The notes under the pieces: model-generated
What the model saw: only the letters and a program-made list of their open reading frames with translations
Told to the model about the DNA's origin: nothing
Database searches by the model: none
Made by a program: the position numbers and the translations under genes
Shown: positions 11,901 to 24,157 of the stretch, piece after piece
How the letters are laid out: each line of letters starts with the position of its first letter
Position numbering within the stretch: position 1 is the stretch's first letter
NCBI GenBank assembly: GCA_032718475.1
Contig: JAUCBJ010006520.1
Location: forward strand, 22,248-86,247
Source: Nemertoderma westbladi
Taxonomy: Eukaryota > Animalia > Xenacoelomorpha
Direction of reading: 5' to 3'
DNA length: 64,000 nucleotides

Positions 11901-14160
11901 TCATTACCATAACTACGGTAATGGCGGAGTAGGTTCATTACCATAACTACGGTAATGGCGGAGTAGGTTCATTACCCTAACTACGGTAATGGCGGAGTAG
12001 GTTCATTACCATAACTACGGTAATGGCGGAGTAGGTTCATTACCCTAACTACGGTAATGGCGGAGTAGGTTCATTACCATAACTACGGTAATGGCGGAGT
12101 AGGTTCATTACCATAACTACGGTAATGGCGGAGTAGGTTCATTACCATAACTACGGTAATGGCGGAGTAGGTCCATTACCCTAACTACGGTAATGGCGGA
12201 GTAGGTTCATTACCATAACTACGGTAATGGCGGAGTAGGTTCATTACCATAACTACGGTAATGGCGGAGTAGGTCCATTACCATAACTACGGTAATGGCG
12301 GAGTAGGTTCATTACCATAACTACGGTAATGGCGGAGTAGGTTCATTACCCTAACTACGGTAATGGCGGAGTAGGTTCATTACCATAACTACGGTAATGG
12401 CGGAGTAGGTTCATTACCATAACTACGGTAATGGCGGAGTAGGTTCATTACCCTAACTACGGTAATGGCTGAGTAGGTTCATTACCCTAATTACGGTAAT
12501 GGCGGAGTAGGTTCATTACCCTAACTACGGTAATGGCGGAGTAGGTTCATTACCATAACTACGGTAATGGCGGAGTAGGTTCATTACCCTAACTACGGTA
12601 ATGGCGGAGTAGGTTCATTACCATAACTACGGTAATGGCGGAGTAGGTTCATTACCATAACTACGGTAATGGCGGAGTAGGTTCATTACCCTAACTACGG
12701 TAATGGCTGAGTAGGTTCATTACCATAACTACGGTAATGGCTGAGTAGGTTCATTACCATAACTACGGTAATGGCGGAGTAGGTCCATTACCCTAACTAC
12801 GGTAATGGCGGAGTAGGTTCATTACCATAACTACGGTAATGGCGGAGTAGGTTCATTACCATAACTACGGTAATGGCGGAGTAGGTTCATTACCCTAACT
12901 ACGGTAATGGCTGAGTAGGTTCATTACCATAACTACGGTAATGGCTGAGTAGGTTCATTACCATAACTACGGTAATGGCGGAGTAGGTCCATTACCCTAA
13001 CTACGGTAATGGCGGAGTAGGTTCATTACCATAACTACGGTAATGGCTGAGTAGGTTCATTACCCTAACTACGGTAATGGCTGAGTAGGTTCATTACCAT
13101 AACTACGGTAATGGCTGAGTAGGTTCATTACCATAACTACGGTAATGGCGGAGTAGGTTCATTACCCTAACTACGGTAATGGCTGAGTAGGTTCATTACC
13201 ATAACTACGGTAATGGCGGAGTAGGTTCATTACCATAACTACGGTAATGGCGGAGTAGGTTCATTACCATAACTACGGTAATGCCGGAGTAGGTTCATTA
13301 CCATAACTACGGTAATGGCGGAGTAGGTTCATTACCATAACTACGGTAATGCCGGAGTAGGTTCATTACCATAACTACGGTAATGGCGGAGTAGGTTCAT
13401 TACCCTAACTACGGTAATGGCGGAGTAGGTTCATTACTATAACTACGGTGATGGCGGAGTAGGTCCATTACCATAACTACGGTAATGGCGGAGTAGGTTC
13501 ATTACTCTAACTACGGTAATGGCGGAGTAGGTTCATTACTCTAACTACGGTAATGGCGGAGTAGGTCCATTACCATAACTACGGTAATGGCGGAGTAGGT
13601 TCATTACCATAACTACGGTAATGGCGGAGTAGGTTCATTACCATAACTACGGTAATGGCGGAGTAGGTTCATTACCCTAACTACGGTAATGGCTGAGTAG
13701 GTTCATTACTCTAACTACGGTAATGGCGGAGTAGGTCCATTACCATAACTACGGTAATGGCGGAGTAGGTTCATTACTCTAACTACGGTAATGGCGGAGT
13801 AGGTTCATTACTCTAACTACGGTAATGGCGGAGTAGGTCCATTACCCTAACTACGGTAATGGCGGAGTAGGTCCATTACCATAACTACGGTAATGGCGGA
13901 GTAGGTTCATTACTCTAACTACGGTAATGGCGGAGTAGGTCCATTACCCTAACTACGGTAATGGCGGAGTAGGTCCATTACCCTAACTACGGTAATGGCG
14001 GAGTAGGTTCATTACCATAACTACGGTAATGGCGGAGTAGGTTCATTACCCTAACTACGGTAATGGCGGAGTAGGTTCATTACCATAACTACGGTAATGG
14101 CGGAGTAGGTCCATTACCATAACTACGGTAATGGAGTAGTTTGTTTATTACCATAACTAC
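8979..14160. repeat. 34-bp satellite (YCATTACCMTAACTACGGTAATGGCGGAGTAGGT)n, about 150 copies, with internal inverted repeat
   Basis: 34-bp periodicity; CCATTACC/GGTAATGG 8-bp inverted repeat around an 8-nt loop. Confidence 0.98.
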
Positions 14161-15649
14161 AATGAATAACAGCTCAGCCGCCGTGTGATTGTGCTTTACT
14201 AATACTGCACGAATATGATATAACAATAACATGGAGGCATCCTAACATCCAGGCCTATATCAGACCTTGGCATCGGCGCGACAATATATATACTATATCA
14301 ATGAGTAGATAGATACTAGACAATATTCAAAATGCGCCAATAATTATTCAACTGTGAGGTCTGATAAATAATGTGAACGGATACACTAAGTTAGTAAAAG
14401 TACAACCACCCATTTAATTTATTTTTTTTTTTTCTACGGATATAAATACTTAAACATCGGGTATCTCATAAAAAAAGCAGTTCGAACGTACGGTATCCCA
14501 CATTCTAGAATTTATTAATACACCTTCACCAACTGGGCTCCTTCGCTCGCCTGCTAAAATTGATAAAATTTGAGTCAAATTTGTAGATGTAATTTATTAT
14601 TTATGTTACATTTTACTCAACTACTGTAACTTATAATTTAGTTATACATTTACTGCAGTAACTGTATGGCTACGTGGCAGCGTTCTCTCAATATTAACTG
14701 AGTTGTTGTATTAACATGTATTACTGGAACGTCTACATCAAGTAGGCGTATTCTGGAAACACCATATTAATTTCACTTCGCCCCTTCACCAAAACCGTTT
14801 GTTTAGCAGAGTCGCCCGCGGGCGAAGATTGCCCGAGGGCGACGATGGCCAGCGGGAGTAGGTGACCCTCGGGTGGAATCTTTATGCTTGATGATAATGA
14901 CCCATCTCGATTAATATAAATAATGGTTCAAAATTAACTATAAGTAATTCGTATTAATTCTAATTTATTTAAAAATATGTTGGCTATAAGTTATAAATTA
15001 ATAAAACATAAATAAGCAGAATAAACTGTAATATTCGGTGGTACGGAAACCAGTTAGTTACATTACTGTGTGTAAAGTTACAGTTACTGTTACAGAACGG
15101 CGTGTGGAGAGGTGTAAAAAGTAAGTGAGCGAGTGATGTAATGTGTAAGTGTACACACAATAAAGTCAGTGAATGTAATTTAATTATATAATTGAAAAAA
15201 AAACTACTTCATAACGAAAAACATTCACGTTTTAAAAACTGCCGCATTTTAGTAAAAAAAATAAGATAAAAACCACAATTTAAAAAAGAAATCATAACAG
15301 CGTTCCTTTACATCCTGTTGTCTGATTCATCATGTCGGACTATTAATTTGTTAAAACCGCCCGAGTAGAGTAATTTGGGATAAAGTTAATTTCATACATA
15401 TTTTTATGCCTTACTATAACGTGTGAGAATATTAAACTATGGAAGATATAAAATACTACCTGGTGAAAAATTACAAAAAACTTATCCCGACTGGTGGTAA
15501 TTGAGGTAATTCGCTTCGTTTGAAATAGTTTTATATTTATGATTTTTGACCAGCAGTTAGCATTTTGACAGCGTTTCGAGCACCCAACTCAGTATGGCAC
15601 GAATACGAGAACCAATAAATATGGCACTGGTAGTGGCGCCAACCACATG

Positions 15650-17362
15650 TTACCGACGGGATATGGCGTTCCGAATCAAATCAATATTGCGCCATGCCAA
15701 GAGCACTGCCGTGAACGCCACAAACATTATCAGCATTCGCGTTTTATTCTTAAACAGCGGGCTGAGTACGAGATAAATAACGAAGACCATAGTAACTAAC
15801 ATGTCGATAATCTTCATAATAACTCTTTTAGCGTCCACGTTGTCCAGGTCCACTCCCTCCATGCTCATACGCCCTTGTTGCTGTTGTTGGTTCTCCAAAA
15901 GATTCAACCTATGGTCTAATTTGTCTGTCATATCCGATATCTCCCGGGTTTTTTCCTCTGACATGTATTCTATTTTATCCTGAAGGTCATTCAGATTCGT
16001 GTTTATGTTGCTCATCGCACTCTGCTGCAGGTCTGTCAGGTCGTTTAGTTGTTCCTCTATTCTGTTTACCCTGTTGTCTTCTTCGTCACGCCGCTGGTTT
16101 ATGACTAGAACGTTTTCTTGGAGTTTATTTTTGACTTCCTCGTAGAATTGCTTTATCTCATCGTGAGAGGCTTGAAAGTCTTGTAGACGTTGGAATATTT
16201 GTGCGGCTTCGATGGTGCTTAAACTCGAGTTACCCAGTGGCTGGTCCACCGAGCTCGAGGTCATCACGTCAGACACGTCGTCGTAACGATCTTGTGGCTC
16301 GTAACTTGGCACCCCAAGTTGGTTGTCAGTGGTCGAGGCGGAATCTAGATCCTCGTTGGTTCCCGAACTCAGGATGTTCTCGGAACTTCCGAACCTGTTC
16401 TTGATCTTGTGCGAGAGTTCCCTAGGGAATGAGCCCGCAGCTGAGAGTCCGCCCTTCACGCTGTCCACGACGCCACCGGATACGGTGGACAACCCGCCCT
16501 TTATATTGCGTCCGACGTCTTTAAATCCCCGACTAACATCAGACAGCACCTCCCTCGGCTGTCTGTGTCCACCAGCCTGACCAGCGGTACCTACACTCAG
16601 TACGCCACTGCTCCCCCCACCCACTGAACAGCTTAGTCCTAGCTGTGCACCACACGAAGACATATCTTTCTGCTGTTGCGACTCTAAATCACTCAACTGT
16701 CCTGTGTATTCTTCGAGCTTCTCTTGAAGATTCTGTATATTCCGTCCAACCTTCTGATGTCTCTTCTCGAATGACGCCTTCGCCATGGCGAAGTTCTGGT
16801 TGTGCTCCAATTTGCTCCCCATTTTAAAGTATTGCTGGCGAATATCATCCCTTTTCGCGATCTCGACTCGAAGTCTCTCTTTAGTTTTTGTTACTTTCTG
16901 TCTCAAAGTTTCAATTTTTCGCAGACTAGAGTTTAACTGGTGTCCGGAATCTATTTCGTCGGGACACGAGGAGTTGGAGGGACGATATTCTAGTAGAATC
17001 GGAGCCTCGTTTGCGCCGACGTTGCTACATGTTGAGCTGTCGTGGTTGCTACTGAACGGACTATCGATCTGTATCTCTACAGGCAACGGTTCTGATTCCA
17101 GCAGTTCACCGGAGGAGGAATGAGTGGATGTGTTATCGAGTTCACTTCTCGTCGACTGATAGAGGCTAGGGGAAGCATCGTGAGGGAGGCTGCTCCGTTT
17201 AGGCAGCTCCTCCGTCCAAGCTGTGTTATTGCCGCGTCGTGGGACGGGACTTTTAGATCGTTTCGTCCAACTTCCCATATTCGGAAAAATGTTCGATTTG
17301 TTCGGCACCGGCTCATCATCGGATCGTTCCATTTTCGCAGTTGACTTTGTCACACACAGCAT
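15650..17362 (-). CDS. TMCC: Transmembrane and coiled-coil domain protein (TMCC/TEX28/Dementin family), 570 aa, uninterrupted ORF
   Basis: Family motifs: FEKRHQK...IQNLQEKLEEY, HRQPREVLSDVSRGFKDVG, VVDSVKGGLS, PRELSHKIKNRFGSSENI, RIEEQLNDLTDLQQ, then two C-terminal hydrophobic helices. A possible upstream intron (GTATGT about 17520 to cttaCAG 17374) makes the true start uncertain. Confidence 0.92.
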   Translation of the reverse strand: MLCVTKSTAKMERSDDEPVPNKSNIFPNMGSWTKRSKSPVPRRGNNTAWTEELPKRSSLPHDASPSLYQSTRSELDNTSTHSSSGELLESEPLPVEIQIDSPFSSNHDSSTCSNVGANEAPILLEYRPSNSSCPDEIDSGHQLNSSLRKIETLRQKVTKTKERLRVEIAKRDDIRQQYFKMGSKLEHNQNFAMAKASFEKRHQKVGRNIQNLQEKLEEYTGQLSDLESQQQKDMSSCGAQLGLSCSVGGGSSGVLSVGTAGQAGGHRQPREVLSDVSRGFKDVGRNIKGGLSTVSGGVVDSVKGGLSAAGSFPRELSHKIKNRFGSSENILSSGTNEDLDSASTTDNQLGVPSYEPQDRYDDVSDVMTSSSVDQPLGNSSLSTIEAAQIFQRLQDFQASHDEIKQFYEEVKNKLQENVLVINQRRDEEDNRVNRIEEQLNDLTDLQQSAMSNINTNLNDLQDKIEYMSEEKTREISDMTDKLDHRLNLLENQQQQQGRMSMEGVDLDNVDAKRVIMKIIDMLVTMVFVIYLVLSPLFKNKTRMLIMFVAFTAVLLAWRNIDLIRNAISRR

Positions 17363-17649
17363 TAGACCAAGGCCTGTAAGTGCTGTATGCTATAAGGGGA
17401 GGGTATGTACGCCATCGCCATATGTGTTCGGGTGTAGGTCTCTCGTTCGTGTAGACAGTCTGACGCCTGACTGCCTGAGGGTACCCAACTACCAAATGCA
17501 AAATGCTTTGTATTACATACCGTACCTAGCCTAACCGTTTACTGCTGTACGTACGTTTACACTACTTCGTGCTATTTAATTAAGACAAATAATTATGCAA
17601 TCTGATTCGGTTTATGTACGGCCAACAAAAACAACAACGACTTCATTAA

Positions 17650-18996
17650 CACTTTGACTGTCTTTGACGCACCGGTGCGTCAAATGGTAGACAATAGATT
17701 GTGTCATGATGACGCATATACCCGTCATTGATTCAAACTGTGATGCATAGGAAATGGTAGGTGATTTGTTAAAATTTCATGTGCCACCTTGTGAACAGAT
17801 CCCAAACTCATTTTTTGACATCATCCATGACGCATATATGCGTCATATGACCACTGCACAATGTCTTAAAAAATATAAAAAATATACCGAGATTCAGGAT
17901 TTGGAGGCAACTAGATAGCTTTGTAATTGTGCGAGAAAATGAAATCTATAATAAAGTTTTGGTGAGTGTGAAACAGAAAACACCAGGCACAACCCAAAGG
18001 CTCTTTTCTCTTGGCTATTACATGTAAAACAGGGATGTCGCCACACTAACTCACAAGGGAGTTCACTCCAAAACTACCCAATACTTTTTTACTCCCCACA
18101 TAGAAGCCTGGTTTCCATTTTACCTCTGGCATTGCACAGACACACTAACCTTGCCTCCACCCAGCACGACCCTGCAGACACACCAACCTTGCCTCCACCC
18201 AGCACCACCCTGCAGACACACAAACCTCGCCTCAACCCAGCACCACCCTGCAGACACACCAACCTTGCCGCCACCCAGCACCACCCTGCAGACACACCAA
18301 CCATGCCTCCACCCAGCACCACCCTGCAGTCACACCAACCTTGCCTCCACCCAGCACCACCCTGCAGACACACCAACCTTGCCTCCAACCAGCACCACCC
18401 TGCAGACACACCAACCTCGCGTCCACCCAGCACCACCCTGCTGACACACCAACCATTCCTCCACCCAGCACCACCCTGCAGACACACCAACCTTGCCTCG
18501 ACCCAGCACCACCCTGCAGACAGATCAACCTTGCCTCCACTCAGCACTACCATGCAGACACACCAACCTTGCCTCCACCCAGCACCACCCTGCAGACACA
18601 CCAACCTCGCCTCCATCCAGCACCACCCGGCAGACACACCAACCTTACCTCCACACAGCACCACCCTGCAGACACACCAACCTTGCCTCCACCCTGCAGA
18701 CACACCAGACACCCTGCAATGTGGAATTTCTACAGCCTTTACTCGAATTTAATCCTGCACTACTGGAATGCACCAATTGGAATGGCGCATATTTGCGTCA
18801 CTGAACTCATTTTGGTAAACTGCCATTTGTAGGTTGTCAGTGACGCATATATGCGTCACGATTGAATTTTTTTTACACATAAACATCAAAGTAAAAAATA
18901 AACATCGCACTCAAAGTGACTGAAATCCCCATAATTTATAAATATTAGCGGGACAATTTTGGAGATTCCATACATATAAAGTTTTCAGTCAAAGTG
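17650..18996. mobile_element. piggyBac-like non-autonomous element
   Basis: TTAA on both sides (17646-17649, 18997-19000), perfect 11-bp TIR CACTTTGACTG/CAGTCAAAGTG, recurrent subterminal palindrome TGACGCATATATGCGTCA. Confidence 0.8.
18135..18715. repeat. 38-bp C-rich minisatellite (ACCAACCTTGCCTCCACCCAGCACCACCCTGCAGACAC)n, about 15 copies, inside the piggyBac-like element
   Basis: Direct periodicity; produces spurious ORFs in many frames. Confidence 0.95.
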
Positions 18997-19436
18997 TTAA
19001 TAATAATTTCAGCTAAATACTGACGACTCAGTATTAATAACTTGATCCCATAATATACTGTATGACTTTATCTAAAGCAAGCAACTGGATACTTCTCACT
19101 CACAATGCACAAGGTACAGAGGTAATAATGACGTCGTGTTTGTCATTGTTTCCTTATATGGAGCTGATAAAATATCTTGTGTGTTCAGTTCAACCCAAAT
19201 ATTATTATGGTTACGGTATGTCCCCTTGACGCCCGAAAGAGAGAGACAAGTTTCTTTGTACAATCTAAGTCATCATGTCTTTAAGGGTGCGACCCATGTA
19301 CTGTAAGTTACATAATAACAATAACACATGAAACGATACAAAATATATTACATATATTTGTTTACTGAAGTCTGAAGATCATTTTGTTTGATCTCAAATA
19401 TTATCGATAGTATTATTATCATTGTCTTCCCATTAG

Positions 19437-19606
19437 GTAACTGATGGCGTCATGGTTGCTAGGGGCGACCTTGGTATAGAGATCCCAACTGAGAAGGTGT
19501 TTGTGGCCCAGAAGATGATGATTGGCCGCTGTAATCGTTTCGGAAAGCCGGTCATTTGCGCCACACAGATGTTGGAATCCATGGTGGACAAGCCCCGCCC
19601 GACACG
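19437..19606 (+). CDS. PK: Pyruvate kinase, internal exon ([17 protein letters not shown]...[21 protein letters not shown])
   Basis: Signature [15 protein letters not shown] and ATQMLESM motifs; acceptor cccatTAG, donor CG|GTTAGT. Confidence 0.97.
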
Positions 19607-19877
19607 GTTAGTCGATGTAATCGGCAACGACCCAAAACAGTTATTTTTTACCAATTATTATTTACCAACGTTAAAAAGAGCCACATCGTGGAAAATTAGT
19701 TGCCAATGAATTTCACTAAACAAAACATTGTGTTTTATAATGCTCGGGTTCTCTTTACTGTCAAGTAAAGTAAATTATTTTACAATTTTTTTCTCTGAAT
19801 GAAATGTGACATACATTCGGTGACTTTGTATATTTATTTAACAGTAAGTAAATAATTATAAATTGCCTCAATTTCAG

Positions 19878-20000
19878 TGCTGAAGGGAGTGACGTTGCTA
19901 ACGCTGTTATTGATGGGGCCGACTGCGTCATGTTGTCAGGGGAGACGGCAAAAGGGAAATATCCCGTGGAGTCTGTACGGACAATGCAGTCAATAGCGAG
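19878..20000 (+). CDS. PK: Pyruvate kinase, internal exon ([41 protein letters not shown])
   Basis: [22 protein letters not shown] motif; acceptor tttCAG, donor AG|GTTGGT; phases match both neighbours. Confidence 0.97.
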
Positions 20001-20793
20001 GTTGGTACTTGGTACACCAATGGGGGCGAGATTGGTACTTGGTACACCAATGGGTGCTAGGTTGGTACTTGGTACACCAATGGGTGCTAGGTTGGTACTT
20101 GGTACACCAATGGGTGCTAGGTTGGTACTTGGTACACCAATGGGGGCGAGGTTGGCACTTGGTACACCAATGGGTGCTAGGTTGGTACTTGGTACACCAA
20201 TGGGGGCTAGGTTGGTACTTGGTATACACCAATGGGTGCGAGGTTGGCACTTGGTACACCAATGGGTGCGAGGTTGGTACTTGGTACACCAATGGGGGCG
20301 AGGTTGGCATTTGGTACGCCAATGGGTGCGAGGTTGGCACTTGGTTCACCAATGGGTGCGAGGTTGGCGCTTGGTGCACCAATGGGTGCTAGGTTGGTAC
20401 TTGGTACACCAATGGGTGCTAGGTTGGTACTTGGTACACCAATGGGGGCGAGGTTAGCACTTGGTACACCAATGGGTGCTAGGTTGGTACTTGGTACACC
20501 AATGGGTGCTAGGTTGGTACTTGGTACACCAATGGGTGCTAGGTTGGTACTTGGTACACCAATGGGGGCGAGGTTGGCACTTGGTACACCAATGGGTGCT
20601 AGGTTGGTACTTGGTACACCAATGGGGGCTAGGTTGGTACTTGGTATACACCAATGGGTGCGAGGTTGGTACTTGGTACACCAATGGGGGCGAGGTTGGC
20701 ATTTGGTACACCAATGGGTGCGAGGTTGGCACTTGGTTCACCAATGGGTGCGAGGTTGGCGCTTGGTGCACCAATGGGTGCTAGGTTGGTACT
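19996..20793 (+). repeat. 30-bp minisatellite (GCGAG|GTTGGTACTTGGTACACCAATGGGK)n, about 26-27 copies, beginning at the PK exon end and repeating the splice donor
   Basis: The first unit overlaps the last 5 exon bases and the GT donor; two 32-bp variants near 20224 and 20646. Confidence 0.95.
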
Positions 20794-21236
20794 TGTTACA
20801 CAAATGGATGCTTTGAATGGGGGTGTGCTGTAATTTGAAAGCTTTAGGAATTTCCACCGGGTATTAACGGTCCAGTATGTTTCCTAATCTAGAGCTTTTG
20901 TAAACATCCTATAATGGTTCGCTTCATAAAGGTTTCGAAAACTGTTATGCTGTGGATATTGATTGAATTGAAAATAAGAAATATTATAAACACTCAAATC
21001 AATTTATTGAATAAATATGAAATTTAAACAAGACTTCGTATGAACAAGCTTTTGAAGAGAATATAATCGAACAAATAATTTTCTATTAAACTTTCCACAG
21101 ATGGATTCTATCCCTCTTCTACCTGTAAATTCATCTTATTAGCTTTAAATTGATTATAGTACTGTTCATCCATAACCAGCTGTTTAAGTAATTACGTATT
21201 TAATTATTATTGAATAAATATTGTTTGTGTGTTTAG

Positions 21237-21474
21237 GGAAGCGGAGTCGGTTCTTTACAACGACTCTATATTCGAGAACCTTAGGAAGGCGACTGCCATA
21301 CCTACCGATCCCGCTCACACTATCGCTATTGCTGCCGTTGAGGCGAGCTACAAGTCCTGTGCCACTGCTATCGTCTGCTTAACAACCACTGGTAAATCAG
21401 CCCATCTCGTGTCCATGTACCGACCGGCCTGTCCAGTTCTGTCAGTCACTAGAGATCAACAGGTCGCACGGCAG
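21237..21474 (+). CDS. PK: Pyruvate kinase, internal exon (EAESVLYN...IAIAAVEASYK...LTTTGKSAHLVSMYRPACPVLSVTRDQQVARQ)
   Basis: PK C-domain motifs; acceptor gttTAG, donor CAG|GTGAGT. Confidence 0.96.
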
Positions 21475-23002
21475 GTGAGTCATTTTCCAGTAAATGTCAT
21501 AAGTAAAGAAATGTACATTCAGTTTCATTAATGATTTAATGATACTGTAATAGGGCATATGGAAGCTATTACTTATAAAGCCCGTACACACTATAAGTAA
21601 AATTATTGGTAAATATGAAATAACAGTAACACTTTACTTATGCAAATCGAATATGTATAAATTGTACTGTACAAATTATATATAAAATCAAAACTCTAAG
21701 CTAAATGCACCATCGTGTTGTAATTAAAAGGTGCGTACGAGGTAACGGACAAATTAGTCCGGCAGCCACAATGGTCAATGGTATACCGAAAATTTTTGGA
21801 CGGATTCAATTTTTTTGATGTTTTGAGTTCTATAGGTCCCACTTATTGAGGAAATGGCGTTTTTAAAATTTTTGACTTTGGGCATTTTGAAATAACGACG
21901 TAGTTGCTAAGGACCACGTAATTCTCATTTAAAGCATAGCAACTCCAAAACAGCATGTCATAATGGATTGAAATCTTCTACAAAGTCAATATAGTTCATT
22001 TACGAAATAATGGCAATCTTTTTTGTCTGATGTTTAGATCCTGTTGCTATGGAGACGGCATTCAAGTTTAGTGTTTCGATTTCAAACACCTTTAATTATA
22101 CAATTAGTTACAAAATATGCACCAAAGTTAGTTAAATTATGTTAATTTTATTAGCGTGGCCTTTCTGTAACTTTAGACAAGGTTTAAGAATCTAAATTGG
22201 GATGATATTTATGTCCTAACCTAACATGTTTGAGTGTTAACATAATTATTAAATATTACAAATTTCAGCGATTATAACATTTAGGTGATGTTTCTACGGT
22301 AACTATATTTGTTATTTCCAGTTTAGCTCCTTTCTACTGTACTGTGCATCTTATTTTATTGTACCCGTATTCATAAATCGATACCGTAAGGGATAGTACA
22401 AATAAAGTGCATAAGTACCTTAGCAAAGTAGATTAGAGTGGATTCTACTGTACAGTATAGTATGTTCCTGCGTTACAACGTACGATATAATAATATTTAT
22501 AATATACCAAATTTTGAGTTGGGTACAACAGTACTTTTTCTTGGGTGATCATTTCGATATGGAGAATTGGGTTTGGAATTCATGACTAATGATGATCATT
22601 AGTTATGATTATTAGTTATTGATCATTAGTTAGGCCTCCAGTTCCCAGGGTTTCCAGGTCTCTGTATTTAAATGTGACTTGTAGTTAACAGTTGATGATA
22701 GCTAATCGAATTAATTAGGAAGCCTAGCAATTACTGTAAAAAATTCTAAAATGACTAGTTCGAACATTCATATGATATTCTGGGGGCCACCTGGAAAAAA
22801 CAGTAACTATTGTATCTGGTAAAAAAAATAGCTTGTAAAATCTCAAAAATTGATCATATTCAAAAGTCAATAGATAAAATGTGGTTAGCGGGCCGGTACT
22901 AGTTAACGGGTCGGGACTAGAGTCATCCGACTCCCTTACAGGTTGACAGGAGTTTACCTAGGTAATGACAAGCAAACTACTGTATAAACGAATTTAAGTT
23001 CC

Positions 23003-24157
23003 ATGAATTGTAAGAAATCCACGCATTCACTAGCTATGCTAATAACCAAACCAAACAGGAATATTGGACCTACCTTATCACATGTGGATGAAGCGGATCA
23101 TTCTATACTGAGATTTACCAAAAAGAAAATGTCAAAAGAACTAGATTATGATATAGATATCAAGAGTTATACCCGGTTTAATGCCTTGCCATTAAAAGTT
23201 ATGGCGGGGTCTGCTATTGGTCTACATCGAGCTAAATGTATTGACCATGAGTTCCTCAAAGATGTCACTATGTAATTTGGTATTTTCCTGTTCAGTACGG
23301 TGGACTTACATTAAGGGGGATGCATACATTAATGAGTTTCATTGGATCCATAGGAAATTTAATGGTTGAAACCGGCCTCTCTGAAGTGTATTGTGTGTAT
23401 TTTGGCGGTGTTTCGAAGATGTTATCTGGGAAAAAGTTTCCACAGAACATGCGCGCTATGCGCATTTTCGCAGATAAATATTCTGTATTTCTTCTATTAT
23501 TACATTTTTATCTGAGGGAAAGTACAGGTATAACCAATTCAATTTTCATAAAGTCCCCATTAAAAAACCGTACCGCAGTAATAGACGTGGGAGAAGCAGT
23601 AAAAATGCATCGTGGCATCATAGGAAATATTTTGGGAGGCCATGCATTATCTGGTTGGGACACGGTTGCGACTATGTTTGGCATTGGCAAAGCGAAAGTC
23701 ATCAAGGCTTTGGATAAAGGACTCACTCTTACTTGTTTGGGAGATATGGAAGCACCGCAATCTACAGTCTTAATGGAATGTACTAACTTTATAACTGACT
23801 GGCGTGACTGCTATGGATATGACTCAGACAACATGACCCAGTCACGACAAAAGGTGTGCACAGAAAAAACAATTACCAGCTGTGAAAAGGGCCCATTTGA
23901 AAGTAATGGTGTGGAAGAACACAATGCAGAACACAGTTAGACCACCTAGTGTAGACCCCAGAAAATATGGGTGGAGAATAGCTAACAATCAACTTTCCCC
24001 GATTGTAATCCCTGAGGGCATACCACCAGCTCCGGAATGGATTTTGCAATTAATTGGGTGTAACTGTTCATCCAAAATCCCATGTAAATCGCAGAAGTGC
24101 ACCTGCAGAAACAACCAACCTGATTGCACAGCATTTTGCAACTGCAATAAAGATTAA
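23003..24157 (+). pseudogene. Fragmented Academ-type transposase/XPG-like nuclease/Cys-rich protein
   Basis: MHTLMSFIGSIGNLM..TGL, MLSGKKFPQNMRA, HALSGWDTV..MFGIGKAK, KRAHL..MVWK..DPRKYGW, PAPE..L.LIGCNC....C....CTC......CT.FCNC, split by stops, deletions and frameshifts. Confidence 0.8.

Noticed and set aside
8979-14160. CRISPR-like appearance (34-bp palindromic repeats)
   Set aside because: Units are head-to-tail with no unique spacers, no cas genes are present, and the context is spliced eukaryotic DNA.
18089-18832. Multiple overlapping Pro/His/Cys-rich ORFs
   Set aside because: 38-bp minisatellite inside a non-autonomous transposon.
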